Source of the DNA: Nanobdellota archaeon
GTDB taxonomy: Archaea > Nanobdellota > Nanobdellia > PEZQ01
Assembly (NCBI GenBank): GCA_018220985.1
Contig: JAAOXS010000003.1
Span: 8,367-72,366, forward strand
Reading direction: 5' to 3'
Length of the DNA: 64,000 nt
Below, piece by piece: positions 47,395 to 56,481 of this stretch. The notes below the pieces were generated by a model. That model was not told the origin of the DNA. It saw nothing but the letters and a program-made list of their open reading frames with translations, and did not search any database. Every line of letters begins with the position of its first letter. The first letter of the stretch is position 1. A program made the translations under genes and the position numbers.

Positions 47395-47895
47395 TTAGTT
47401 TACAGATTTGAACATATGAATGTTTTCGTATTCAGGTCCGTGATGGGTTAGGTTGCTTTTGAAAAGTGCGTATTCTTTAACTATGATTTCTTCTTTGAAT
47501 TCTTGTTCGTAAATCATTGTTGGTCTTTCCTGTTCTTTTACGCGCATGAGTGTTATGTGTGGCGTGTAGTGTCTAGCGTCAAAGTTTCGCATTGTTTGTT
47601 GTATTGTTTTTTGTAATTCTATTAGTTCCGGGCTTTCAATTTTTAAGTGTAGTATTTTTGCGAATTTTTTGTTGGGAAAAGCGTCAAATCCGTTGATTCT
47701 TATTGTGAATGGTTTGTACTTGATTGTTTCTAATTCTTTTATCAGTCTATTTGGTGATGGCATTTCTCCTAAGAATTTTAGGTTTATGTGAATGTTTTCT
47801 TTTTCAACTTTTTTTCCTATAAAATCTTTGATTTGTATTTTTGATATTTTCTCTTTTAATTTTTCAGGTATGTCTATTGCTAAAAATAATCTCAT
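47395..47895 (-). CDS. ligT: 2'-5' RNA ligase / 2H phosphoesterase (LigT/ThpR).
   Basis: Two H-x-[TS/N]-x motifs (HINLKF, HITLMRV). 166 aa. Confidence 0.75.
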   Translation of the reverse strand: MRLFLAIDIPEKLKEKISKIQIKDFIGKKVEKENIHINLKFLGEMPSPNRLIKELETIKYKPFTIRINGFDAFPNKKFAKILHLKIESPELIELQKTIQQTMRNFDARHYTPHITLMRVKEQERPTMIYEQEFKEEIIVKEYALFKSNLTHHGPEYENIHMFKSVN

Positions 47896-47993
47896 TACTT
47901 TTAATAAAATTTAAATATACATAATAAATTTTGTTGTTATTATGAGTTATGATTTCCGCCAGTCTATAGAATGACTTCGGCATTACATGTATC

Positions 47994-48031
47994 TATTTTT
48001 AAATATTCTCAAAAACAATTATTAAAGGTGG
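47994..48031 (+). promoter_or_regulatory. Candidate TATA box and Shine-Dalgarno site for serS.
   Basis: CTATTTTTAAATATT lies about 40 nt upstream of the ATG. AAGGTGG lies 5 nt before the ATG at 48036. Confidence 0.35.
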
Positions 48032-48035
48032 TAAA

Positions 48036-49310
48036 ATGATTGATGTAAAACTTTTACGTGAAGTTCCAGATTTGGTGAAGCAAAACATTGCTCGTAGGAA
48101 GGATGATAAAAAACTAAAGCTTGTTGATAAAGCAATTATTTTTGATAAGGGGTGGCGTGAATCATTGCAAAAACTTGAAAAATTGAAGCATGAAAAAAAT
48201 TTGGCTACTAAGAAGATTGCGAGTTCAGGTAAGAGTTCTAAAGTAATTTTTCATGTTAAAAATTTGAAAAAGCAAATTATTGATTTAACTAATAAAAATG
48301 AGGGTTTTAAAAAAAATTTTGAGGAAGTAATGCTTCGAATCCCCAATTTATTGCATGAGAGTGTTCCTTTCGGTGAGGATGAGCATGATAATGTTGAGGT
48401 TAAACGGTGGGGTAGAATTCCTAAGCGTGATTTCAAACCTAAAAATCATTTACAGTTGCTTTTAGATTTGGGTTTGATTGATAATGACAGGGCTGCAAAA
48501 GTAAGTGGTAACGCGTTTTTTTATTTGATTGAGGAATTGGCTTTGCTGGACATGGCTATTCAAAGGTATGCTATTGACTTTTTAAGAAAACGTGGTTTCA
48601 AACTTGTTTATCCACCACACATACTTAGAAGAAAATCTTATGAAGGAGTTACTGATGTTGCTGATTTTAAGGATGTTATGTACAAAATTGAAGGTGAGGA
48701 TGCTTTCTTAATTGCAACTGCTGAACATCCATTAGGTGCTCGTTTCATAAATGAAACTTTGCTTGAGCAAGAGTTGCCTTTAAAGTTTGTAGGTTACAGT
48801 ACTAATTTTAGAAAAGAAGTTGGTACGCATGGTAAGTATACAAAGGGTTTGTTTCGTATGCATCATTTTAACAAGATTGAACAATTTGTATTTTGTAAGC
48901 CAGAGGATTCTTGGAAGTTACATGAAGAAATTCAAAAGAATTGTGAAGAGTTGTATCAAGAATTAGGTCTTCCTTATAGGGTTGTTAATAATTGTACTGG
49001 AGATATTGGGATAGTGGCTGCTAAGAAGTATGATACTGAAATGTTGATGGCTGATGGTGAGTATCGTGAAATAGGTTCTAATAGTAATTGTACTGACTAT
49101 CAAGCGAGAAGATTGGGCGTGAAGTATCGTGAGGGTGTTGGAAAACCTCCGAAAGATTACGTGCATACTTTAAATAATACTGCTCTTGCAACTAGTAGAA
49201 CAATGGTTGCCATTATTGAAACGTATCAGCAAAAGGATGGTTCTATTAAGGTTCCGAAAGTTTTACAGCCTTACATGAATGGTTTAAAAGTTGTTAAGAA
49301 AAAAAAATAG
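48036..49310 (+). CDS. serS: Seryl-tRNA synthetase.
   Basis: N-terminal coiled-coil arm and class II motifs (FRKE...G, GLPYRVVNNCTGD, EIGSNSNCTDYQARRL). Confidence 0.9.
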   Translation: MIDVKLLREVPDLVKQNIARRKDDKKLKLVDKAIIFDKGWRESLQKLEKLKHEKNLATKKIASSGKSSKVIFHVKNLKKQIIDLTNKNEGFKKNFEEVMLRIPNLLHESVPFGEDEHDNVEVKRWGRIPKRDFKPKNHLQLLLDLGLIDNDRAAKVSGNAFFYLIEELALLDMAIQRYAIDFLRKRGFKLVYPPHILRRKSYEGVTDVADFKDVMYKIEGEDAFLIATAEHPLGARFINETLLEQELPLKFVGYSTNFRKEVGTHGKYTKGLFRMHHFNKIEQFVFCKPEDSWKLHEEIQKNCEELYQELGLPYRVVNNCTGDIGIVAAKKYDTEMLMADGEYREIGSNSNCTDYQARRLGVKYREGVGKPPKDYVHTLNNTALATSRTMVAIIETYQQKDGSIKVPKVLQPYMNGLKVVKKKK

Positions 49311-49387
49311 TGTTTTTACCAGAGAATTGTAACTTATTAGTATTTAATGCGAATTTTTTATAAGTTACACTAGTTTAGTATTGTGTT

Positions 49388-51232
49388 ATGAGTAAGGAAG
49401 TTGAAATTGTTGAAGAGTTTGTTGTTGATACTTCAGTAATTATTGAGGGGGAATTATCAAAACTAGTTGAGAGTGGTAAAGTTAAAAACACTATTATAAT
49501 TCATAAGGCTGTTGTTGCAGAGCTCGAGCATCAAGCTAATTATGGTAGGGAAATTGGTTTTCTCGGTTTAGATGAGTTAAAAAAAATTAATGAATTAGCG
49601 TCTAATGGTAAAATCAATATTTCTTACACTGGAAATAGGCCTGGCGAATCTCAAATAAAGCGGGCTAAGTCAGGAGAAATTGACGCGATGATTCGTGATT
49701 TAGCGTGGGATAGGAAAGCAACTCTCGTTACTGGTGATAAAGTTCAGGGAGAAATGGCTAAGGCTCTTGGCATGAAGGTTATTTTAATTAATGTTGAGAA
49801 AGTTTTTGATAAAAAAGTAGGTCTTGAAAAGTTTTTTGATGAAACAACTATGAGTGTTCATTTAAAAGAGGGTGTTGAGCCTTTTGCTAAAAAAGGCAAG
49901 CCAGGTAGTTTCGAGTTTAAAGCGTTGAGTAGTGAGAAGTTAACTAAAGAAAAAGTTAAGGCATTAGCTAATGAGCTTGTGCTTAAGGCTAATATGTTTG
50001 ATGATTCGTTTGTTGAGATTGAAAGGAAGTTTTCTAAAATAATTCAGTATGAGGACATGCGAATTGTTATTACGAGTCCGCCTTTTAGTGATGGTTGGGA
50101 AATAACTGCTGTAAGGCCTTTAGTAAAATTGGAAATGGATGATTATCATATGAATAGTGAGTTGTTAAGCAGGTTCGCTAAAAAAGCGGAGGGTGTTTTG
50201 ATTGCGGGTAGTCCTGGCGCGGGTAAGACAACTTTTGCTCGTGCGCTCGCTAATTTTTACGAGTCTCAGCAAAAAATTGTTAAAACTGTTGAGTCTCCAA
50301 GAGATTTGAATTTGAAAAGTTCTATTACTCAGTATTCTAAGAATTTCGGTTCTTCCAGTGAAATTCATGATATTTTGTTATTATCGCGTCCGGATTACAC
50401 CATTTTTGACGAGGTTCGTGATACGAGGGATTTCAAGCTTTATACTGATTTACGTCTTTCAGGTATTGGTATGGTTGGAGTTATTCATTCTACAACTGCG
50501 ATTGATGCTGTTCAGCGTTTTATTGGTCGTTTAGAGTTGGGTATGATTCCTTCTGTTCTTGATACTGTTATTTTTATTGATGAGGGCGGTGTTAGTCAGG
50601 TTTTGGATTTGAACATGAGTGTTAAAGTTCCTACTGGAATGATTGAGGCTGATCTTGCCAGGCCTGTTGTTGAGATTAGGGATTTCATTAACAAGAATAT
50701 TTTGTACGAAATTTATTCTTATGGTGAAGAAACTGTTGTGGTTCCAATCACTAAGGATGCTAATAAGGCTTCGGGTTTGAAAAAGTTAGCTGAAAATCAG
50801 GTTCGTAATAGGATTAGTAGGGATTTGAAAAAGAATCAAAGTATTAAAGTTGAAGCTACTGGCAATCAGTCTGTTAGGGTTTACGCTGATAAAGATGCTA
50901 TTCCTCACATTATTGGCAGGGATGGTAAGACTGTTCAGGATTTGGAGAAAGAGTTAGGTGTTAGAATTGATGTTAGGGATAGTGGTGAAAGTGTTGAAAC
51001 CCCTGAGAAAGGTGATAAAATTAGTTATTCGTTAAACGAGTCTAAACAGTATTTCGTTTTTGAGTTCGGTAGAAAAGTTAAGGGTCATAATTTATCTTTT
51101 TTTTCAGGTGATGATTTCGTTTTTGATGGTATTGTTGGTAAAAAAGGCCAGATTCGTGTTGCGAAGAAAAGTGAGTTAGGTGTTAGAGTTAAGTCTTTAA
51201 TTTCGCAGGAAAATTTTGAAGTTTTTGACTGA
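49388..51232 (+). CDS. PIN-domain / KH-domain ATPase (archaeal PilT-like ATPase, COG1855/PINA family).
   Basis: N-terminal PIN (VVDTSVII), Walker A GSPGAGKTT, and a C-terminal KH (IIGRDGKTVQDLEKELGV). Confidence 0.75.
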   Translation: MSKEVEIVEEFVVDTSVIIEGELSKLVESGKVKNTIIIHKAVVAELEHQANYGREIGFLGLDELKKINELASNGKINISYTGNRPGESQIKRAKSGEIDAMIRDLAWDRKATLVTGDKVQGEMAKALGMKVILINVEKVFDKKVGLEKFFDETTMSVHLKEGVEPFAKKGKPGSFEFKALSSEKLTKEKVKALANELVLKANMFDDSFVEIERKFSKIIQYEDMRIVITSPPFSDGWEITAVRPLVKLEMDDYHMNSELLSRFAKKAEGVLIAGSPGAGKTTFARALANFYESQQKIVKTVESPRDLNLKSSITQYSKNFGSSSEIHDILLLSRPDYTIFDEVRDTRDFKLYTDLRLSGIGMVGVIHSTTAIDAVQRFIGRLELGMIPSVLDTVIFIDEGGVSQVLDLNMSVKVPTGMIEADLARPVVEIRDFINKNILYEIYSYGEETVVVPITKDANKASGLKKLAENQVRNRISRDLKKNQSIKVEATGNQSVRVYADKDAIPHIIGRDGKTVQDLEKELGVRIDVRDSGESVETPEKGDKISYSLNESKQYFVFEFGRKVKGHNLSFFSGDDFVFDGIVGKKGQIRVAKKSELGVRVKSLISQENFEVFD

Positions 51233-51234
51233 TT

Positions 51235-51849
51235 ATGAAAATTTTTGTTTTTAGTGATTTACATTGTGATGTGGGAAGAGCTAAGGAAATTTGTAATTTT
51301 GAAGCTGATTTTTTCGTTTTATGTGGGGACGCGAGTGATGTGGGTGATGGATTGAATGAGGTTGGTAAAGTTTTATCAGTTCTTGGTAAAAAATTGTTGG
51401 TTATTCCTGGAAACAATGAGAGTGAAAAGCAAATGAGTGCTTGGTGTGATGAGTTCGGTTTCACAAATTTTCATAAGAAAGTTTTGAAAAAGGGCAAGTA
51501 TTATTTTGCGGGATTAGGGCATTCCATTTTTTTGCCTTTTAGTAATCCTCCAAATGATTTGGCAACACCCGGTGAAAAAAGTGAGGACTGGTTTAATAAT
51601 GAGTTAAAAAATTTTGAGGGTTTGAAAAATTTATTATTGTTCTGTCATCAACCACCCATTAACACAAGTTTGGATTTAACAAGTTCTGGTTTGCATGTTG
51701 GAATCAAAGTCGTTAAAAATTTTATTCTTGAAAACAAGCCTAAATATTTTTTTAGCGGTCATATTCACGAGTGCGCGGGCAATAAGGAAATTATTAGTGG
51801 AGTAAAGTGTTTTAGTGTTGGGAAAAAAGGTGTTTGGATAAATTTATAA
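51235..51849 (+). CDS. Calcineurin-like metallophosphoesterase (MJ0936/YfcE-like), copy 1.
   Basis: MKIFVFSDLHCD, GDASD, GNNE and GHIHE motifs. Confidence 0.7.
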   Translation: MKIFVFSDLHCDVGRAKEICNFEADFFVLCGDASDVGDGLNEVGKVLSVLGKKLLVIPGNNESEKQMSAWCDEFGFTNFHKKVLKKGKYYFAGLGHSIFLPFSNPPNDLATPGEKSEDWFNNELKNFEGLKNLLLFCHQPPINTSLDLTSSGLHVGIKVVKNFILENKPKYFFSGHIHECAGNKEIISGVKCFSVGKKGVWINL

Positions 51850-51874
51850 AAACAAGTTATTATTTTGTTTTATT

Positions 51875-52480
51875 ATGAAAGTACTTGCAGCATCAGATAT
51901 TCACGGTGATCTTAATTTAATCAAAGATCTTGTTAGAAAAGCAATTGATAATAACGTTGACGCTGTTATTTTATGTGGAGACATTACCATGTTTGGTATG
52001 GAAGTTAAAGGGTTGATTAAGCCTTTTAAAAATGCGAATTTGAAGGTTTTAGCAATTCCAGGTAATCATGAGAGTTTTGCCCTTGTTGATTTTTTCTCAC
52101 AATTTTACGGTCCGAACTTTTTTAATTTAGAGAATGGTGTTTACAAAAGTAAAGGTGTTGGTTTTTTTGGTAGTTCTGGAACGCGAATGGGCGTGTCAGG
52201 CGAGTCTGAAAAAAACATTGAGGATGTATTATTGGAAAAAGGTAAGGATGTGGAAAGTTTAGCAAAGCGTGTTATGGTTGTTCATGAGCCACCTTACAAT
52301 ACTAAGTTAGATAATATTGGTTTTTCAGCTGGCAGTATTGGTGTTAGAAAAGCTATTGAAAAATTGCAACCTGATTTGTGTTTGTGCGGTCACATGCATG
52401 AAACTTTTGGTTTAGAGGATTCAATTAATAAAACACGAGTTATTAATGTTGGTAGGGAAGGTATTATTTTAGATTTATGA
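51875..52480 (+). CDS. Calcineurin-like metallophosphoesterase, copy 2 (tandem paralogue).
   Basis: MKVLAASDIHGD, GDIT, GNHE and GHMHE motifs. Confidence 0.7.
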   Translation: MKVLAASDIHGDLNLIKDLVRKAIDNNVDAVILCGDITMFGMEVKGLIKPFKNANLKVLAIPGNHESFALVDFFSQFYGPNFFNLENGVYKSKGVGFFGSSGTRMGVSGESEKNIEDVLLEKGKDVESLAKRVMVVHEPPYNTKLDNIGFSAGSIGVRKAIEKLQPDLCLCGHMHETFGLEDSINKTRVINVGREGIILDL

Positions 52481-52959
52481 GAATTATTTTTACTGGCACG
52501 CCAGGGACTGGTAAAACAACTGTTTCTAAAATTGTTTCGAAAAAATTAGGGTTGAAGCACGTTGAGGGTAGTGAAATAATTCGAAAAAAAGGTTTAAGGG
52601 AAGGTTATGATGTTGATTTAAGTGCTGTGATTGTTGATGAGAAAAATTTGGCTAGAGAATTCGAAAAATTTGATGATTGCGTTATTGATTCTCATTTGTC
52701 ATATTTTATGAGTTCTAAAAAAGTTTTGTTGTGTGTGGTATTACGGTGTGATACGAATAAATTGATTAGTCGGTTGGAGGAAAGAAAGTACAGTCCTGAA
52801 AAAGTTCGTGAGAATGTGCAGTCTGAAGTTATGAACGTTTGTGGTAATGATGCTTTTGAACGTGGACATGTAGTTTTGGAAATTAACACTTCAAAAAGAA
52901 GTGTTAGTGATGTTGCAAGAATTGTTCTTGAAAAAGTAGATTTTCTTTTGAATGGGTGA
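52477..52959 (+). CDS. fap7: Fap7/adenylate-kinase-6-like NTPase.
   Basis: MRIIFTGTPGTGKTT Walker A. About 160 aa. Confidence 0.65.
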   Translation: MRIIFTGTPGTGKTTVSKIVSKKLGLKHVEGSEIIRKKGLREGYDVDLSAVIVDEKNLAREFEKFDDCVIDSHLSYFMSSKKVLLCVVLRCDTNKLISRLEERKYSPEKVRENVQSEVMNVCGNDAFERGHVVLEINTSKRSVSDVARIVLEKVDFLLNG

Positions 52960-53070
52960 TTATAAATTTTTAATTTATTTTTTTTATCTATTGTTTTCTT
53001 TCGTGTTTGAAGTATTAATTGGTGTGTTACTGGCATTTTTCCATCATTACATATTAATTCTGTTGCTTTT

Positions 53071-53529
53071 GTGCTTGCCACTTTTAATCCTGAAATAAGT
53101 TTTTTGAGTTTCGCATCGTTCATTGTTAGTTCAAGCGTTGCTCATAATTTTTTTGATTTCATACCTGCAATAGTGTTTGGAAGTGGTGAGGAAGGCGCTG
53201 CGCTTGTTGAATTGCAAAATTTTGGTGAGCTCGTTTTTTCGGATTTGATGGTTTTATTCGCGATTGGTTTTGCAAGCGTGGTTTTATCTTTTATTCTTAT
53301 TAATCATTTTGGCGCTTCGTTGATAAAGTTAGCAACAAGGTTAAATTATAAGAAGTTAGCTTGTGCTTGTTTTATTGTTTTGATTAATTTTTTGTTTAAT
53401 GGTTTTTTTGGTGTTGTGATTTGTTTTGCTGGAGCTATTATTTCAAAAAAAACAATTGATTCTGGTGTTATGAAAAGTCATTGTATGGGTGTTTTAATAG
53501 TTCCAACAATTATACATTATTTAATCTAA
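53071..53529 (+). CDS. Small membrane protein.
   Basis: 152 aa with 4 predicted TM helices. Confidence 0.3.
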   Translation: MLATFNPEISFLSFASFIVSSSVAHNFFDFIPAIVFGSGEEGAALVELQNFGELVFSDLMVLFAIGFASVVLSFILINHFGASLIKLATRLNYKKLACACFIVLINFLFNGFFGVVICFAGAIISKKTIDSGVMKSHCMGVLIVPTIIHYLI

Positions 53530-53575
53530 AGGAAAGAGAAAAGAATTGTTTATAATAGTAAAAGAATAATTAGTT

Positions 53576-53830
53576 GTGTATATGAAAAAGTTTAAGAAAT
53601 TTAGTGAAGAGGGTATAGGTCAATTAGTTAGTGAAGATGATAAATTATATTTTGACGTTATTAAAATAATAAGTGATGATGGTTGTGTTGGGAATGATTA
53701 TTTGTTTAATAAGTTAAAAAATGTTTATTCTAATATGAGGAAGTCAGAGCTTAAGCTTAGGATTATGGGTATAACTTCAAAAATTAATGAGAAAAAGGCT
53801 TGGGGTCTTCAGCAAATTAAAGATTTATAA
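53576..53830 (+). CDS. Hypothetical small protein.
   Basis: 84 aa, same strand and immediately upstream of the Cys-rich secreted protein. Confidence 0.3.
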   Translation: MYMKKFKKFSEEGIGQLVSEDDKLYFDVIKIISDDGCVGNDYLFNKLKNVYSNMRKSELKLRIMGITSKINEKKAWGLQQIKDL

Positions 53831-53851
53831 CTATTAATTTATTTTATCAAA

Positions 53852-56299
53852 TTGATGAGGAAGTTAATTTTTGCAAGTGTTCTTTTACTATTTAGTTCTG
53901 GTTTTGCAACGAGTTATGCTCATAACATTAGTTCATTGGGCGGTGCGTTTTTTGAAAGTGTTCAAAATACTTCTTTAGTTAGAGGTTACGAATATTATTT
54001 TTTTAATGGTATTTCTCTTGTTGAGTTAAACGGAATTCCTCAAGATGCTGTTACTTCAAATATTTATGTTAAAAATGTTGATAATAATATTTTTGAGTTA
54101 AAATTTTTAAGCATTGTTGAAGGTAGTGAAGTTAGTGGTTATTATACCACGATCCAGTGTTCTGACCATTCCTGTGATGGTTGGGTAGGGATAACGTCTA
54201 ATATTTTGACTAATTCAGGTTTGCAAGTAAGTGTTCAAAATGGTGGTTTCGTACTTGAAAAAAGTGTTGAGGATTGTGGGGATGATGTGTGCGAGTCAGT
54301 TATTCAAGAAAATTGCGGAACATGTCTTGCTGATTGTTCGTGCAGTCAGGGTTATGTTTGTTCTAGTAATGTTTGCATAGTTGATGTTTCACAGTTTTGC
54401 GGTGATGGTTATTGTGATGTTGGAATAAATGAGAATTGTGCGACTTGTTCGGTTGATTGTTCTTGCAATGGTTGTTGTTTAAATGGTGAGTGCTTAACTA
54501 ACATAACTTGTGGTGATAGTGTATGCATTTCTGGTTGTGAATATTATACTAATTGTCCTTTTGATTGTCTTGAAGAAATAGATGTAATTGCAAGTTCTGA
54601 AAACTTGTTTTGCGGGGATGGCGTGTGCGCTTCTAATGAGAGTTATGATACTTGTCCAAATGATTGTTCGAAGAGTGAGCAGTTTATTCACAGTAATGCT
54701 TATAATCACAAGTGTCAAAAATTTTTTTTAGAAAATGAGAGTGATGTAACTGTTAAAGCTGTTTTTAAAAAAGTAAGAGATATTAATAAAAGGCATTTCA
54801 TGATTAGTTTGGATTGTTCTAATTCTTTGAATAAAAATTTGTATTCTGCAAGTTGTTTGAGTGATATTTGTGAAAAAGGTATTTACTGTTCCTTCGGTTT
54901 TGGGCGTGGTGGAGAATACTATTATAATTTCAAAAATGTCAGTGTGGGAAATCATATTGTCTGCGTTTGGCCGTCAGCGCCTTCAAATTTTTATTGGACT
55001 TCTGAATTAAGCATAATTCCAATTATTCCATTATTTTGTGGGGATGGTTATTGTGATAAATTTGTTAACGAATCTTGCAATAGTTGTGTTAATGATTGTG
55101 GTATTTGCATTAAGGAAGTTTTAAAAACGAAGGCTTTTGAATTTGGTAAAACATTTACTTGGATTGATTTGAATGAGCAGGTATCTTCATTTAACATTTT
55201 TGTTCCTAAAAACACTGTTGTAAAGCATGCTTTTATCAGTGTTTCAGCAAAGAATGGTGATACATTTTTTTCGCGGAAGGTTTTCACGTCAATAAATAAT
55301 TATCAAACAGTAACTTCCCCTTACATTAAGCCTTTAGAAGAAATTTCGAGAATAACTGTTCTAAATTCTTCAATGTTTAAAAATGGAAGTAATAATGTGA
55401 TTAATTATTTAACAACTTTGAATAAATATTCTTCAAATTCGTGGTTGCAAGGTTATTTAAAAATTTATTATGAGGGCGCGCAACCATATTTGGATAATAA
55501 ATTTGTTGAATTAGGATTTTTGAATAGTTCTGTAATTGAATTGAATATTTTTAATGATTTAATTTCTTGCAGTGGTAACTATTCTTTTGCTCAAATTTTT
55601 GTTCCAGAAAATACTTTAATCCATGATGCTGAATTAATAACTGATATTTCTAATGTTGAATTAGTTCCCCATAAAATGTTATTTATAGTGAATAATAAAA
55701 AAAGTGAACGAATCATTTGGCAAGGCGGTTCTAAAGTTTTTGTTAGAGATGTTTCGAACAATTTTAAGGATGGTAATAATAGTTTTATAATCTTATTTGA
55801 AAGTGATTGCGTTACTATTAATTCAAGTTTTAATTCTTTTTTACGATTTAATTATTCTGGTAATTCTCCGTACATTAGTGATTTCAAGTTTGTTAGTTTA
55901 AGTGGTGATAAAAATTTACGTCCTGTTGAATTATTTGATTTTGATGAAGTCGTTCTTAAAAATGAGTATAGTAAAGAAAGTGCTTTGTGGAAAGTTTCGT
56001 TGATTAGTGAAAAATTAAAAGGTTTGAAGTCGAAAATAATTTTGTTAAAAAATAAATCTTCAAGCATTAAAAAATATTATTCTATTTATAACATTAGTAA
56101 AAAGAATTTTTGGGAAGGTGTTAGTTTGAGTTTGAGTTTTGTATTTTCTGAAATTGAAGAAATTGAATTGTACGCATCTGAATTGAATAGTAGAAATATT
56201 TTTAATCGAAATTTACTTGAAATAAAAAGACGTGTTGTTTGGTTAATAAATTTGTGTGATGACATTTTTAATCAAGTTTTCGTTGAGGTGTCTTCATGA
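53852..56299 (+). CDS. Large secreted cysteine-rich repeat protein.
   Basis: Signal peptide MMRKLIFASVLLLFSSGFATSYA. At least 4 copies of a [F]CGDG[YV]C-x(3-5)-E-x-C-x-[TS]-C-x-x-DC-[SG]-C module (nt 54270-54370, 54395-54470, 54608-54670, 55034-55110). 815 aa. Confidence 0.55.
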   Translation: MMRKLIFASVLLLFSSGFATSYAHNISSLGGAFFESVQNTSLVRGYEYYFFNGISLVELNGIPQDAVTSNIYVKNVDNNIFELKFLSIVEGSEVSGYYTTIQCSDHSCDGWVGITSNILTNSGLQVSVQNGGFVLEKSVEDCGDDVCESVIQENCGTCLADCSCSQGYVCSSNVCIVDVSQFCGDGYCDVGINENCATCSVDCSCNGCCLNGECLTNITCGDSVCISGCEYYTNCPFDCLEEIDVIASSENLFCGDGVCASNESYDTCPNDCSKSEQFIHSNAYNHKCQKFFLENESDVTVKAVFKKVRDINKRHFMISLDCSNSLNKNLYSASCLSDICEKGIYCSFGFGRGGEYYYNFKNVSVGNHIVCVWPSAPSNFYWTSELSIIPIIPLFCGDGYCDKFVNESCNSCVNDCGICIKEVLKTKAFEFGKTFTWIDLNEQVSSFNIFVPKNTVVKHAFISVSAKNGDTFFSRKVFTSINNYQTVTSPYIKPLEEISRITVLNSSMFKNGSNNVINYLTTLNKYSSNSWLQGYLKIYYEGAQPYLDNKFVELGFLNSSVIELNIFNDLISCSGNYSFAQIFVPENTLIHDAELITDISNVELVPHKMLFIVNNKKSERIIWQGGSKVFVRDVSNNFKDGNNSFIILFESDCVTINSSFNSFLRFNYSGNSPYISDFKFVSLSGDKNLRPVELFDFDEVVLKNEYSKESALWKVSLISEKLKGLKSKIILLKNKSSSIKKYYSIYNISKKNFWEGVSLSLSFVFSEIEEIELYASELNSRNIFNRNLLEIKRRVVWLINLCDDIFNQVFVEVSS

Positions 56300-56481
56300 A
56301 AAAGTTATTTTTAATCTTGTTGTTATTATTGGTTAGTGGTTGTGTTAGTTCAACGCAGGAATTAATTAGCAATGATAGTGATGTTATTAATGCAAGTGGT
56401 GTTTTAGTAATTGAAAAAGATTTTGTTCAGGAATTAGGTGTTATTAATGCTGAGTTAATAATTGCTGTTTCAGATGTTTAA
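56296..56481 (+). CDS. Small lipoprotein-like secreted protein.
   Basis: MKKLFLILLLLLVSGCVSS signal with a lipobox-like SGC. 61 aa. Its start overlaps the previous stop by 4 nt. Confidence 0.35.
   Translation: MKKLFLILLLLLVSGCVSSTQELISNDSDVINASGVLVIEKDFVQELGVINAELIIAVSDV

Noticed and set aside
51235-52480. The two metallophosphoesterases as an Mre11-like nuclease.
   Set aside because: At about 200 aa each they are far too small, and no Rad50-like ATPase neighbours them. They fit the minimal MJ0936/YfcE-like phosphodiesterase family instead.
52692-53123. A 143-aa minus-strand ORF overlapping fap7 and the following membrane-protein gene.
   Set aside because: It overlaps two co-directional + strand genes with good motifs (the Walker A of Fap7) and has no recognisable features of its own.
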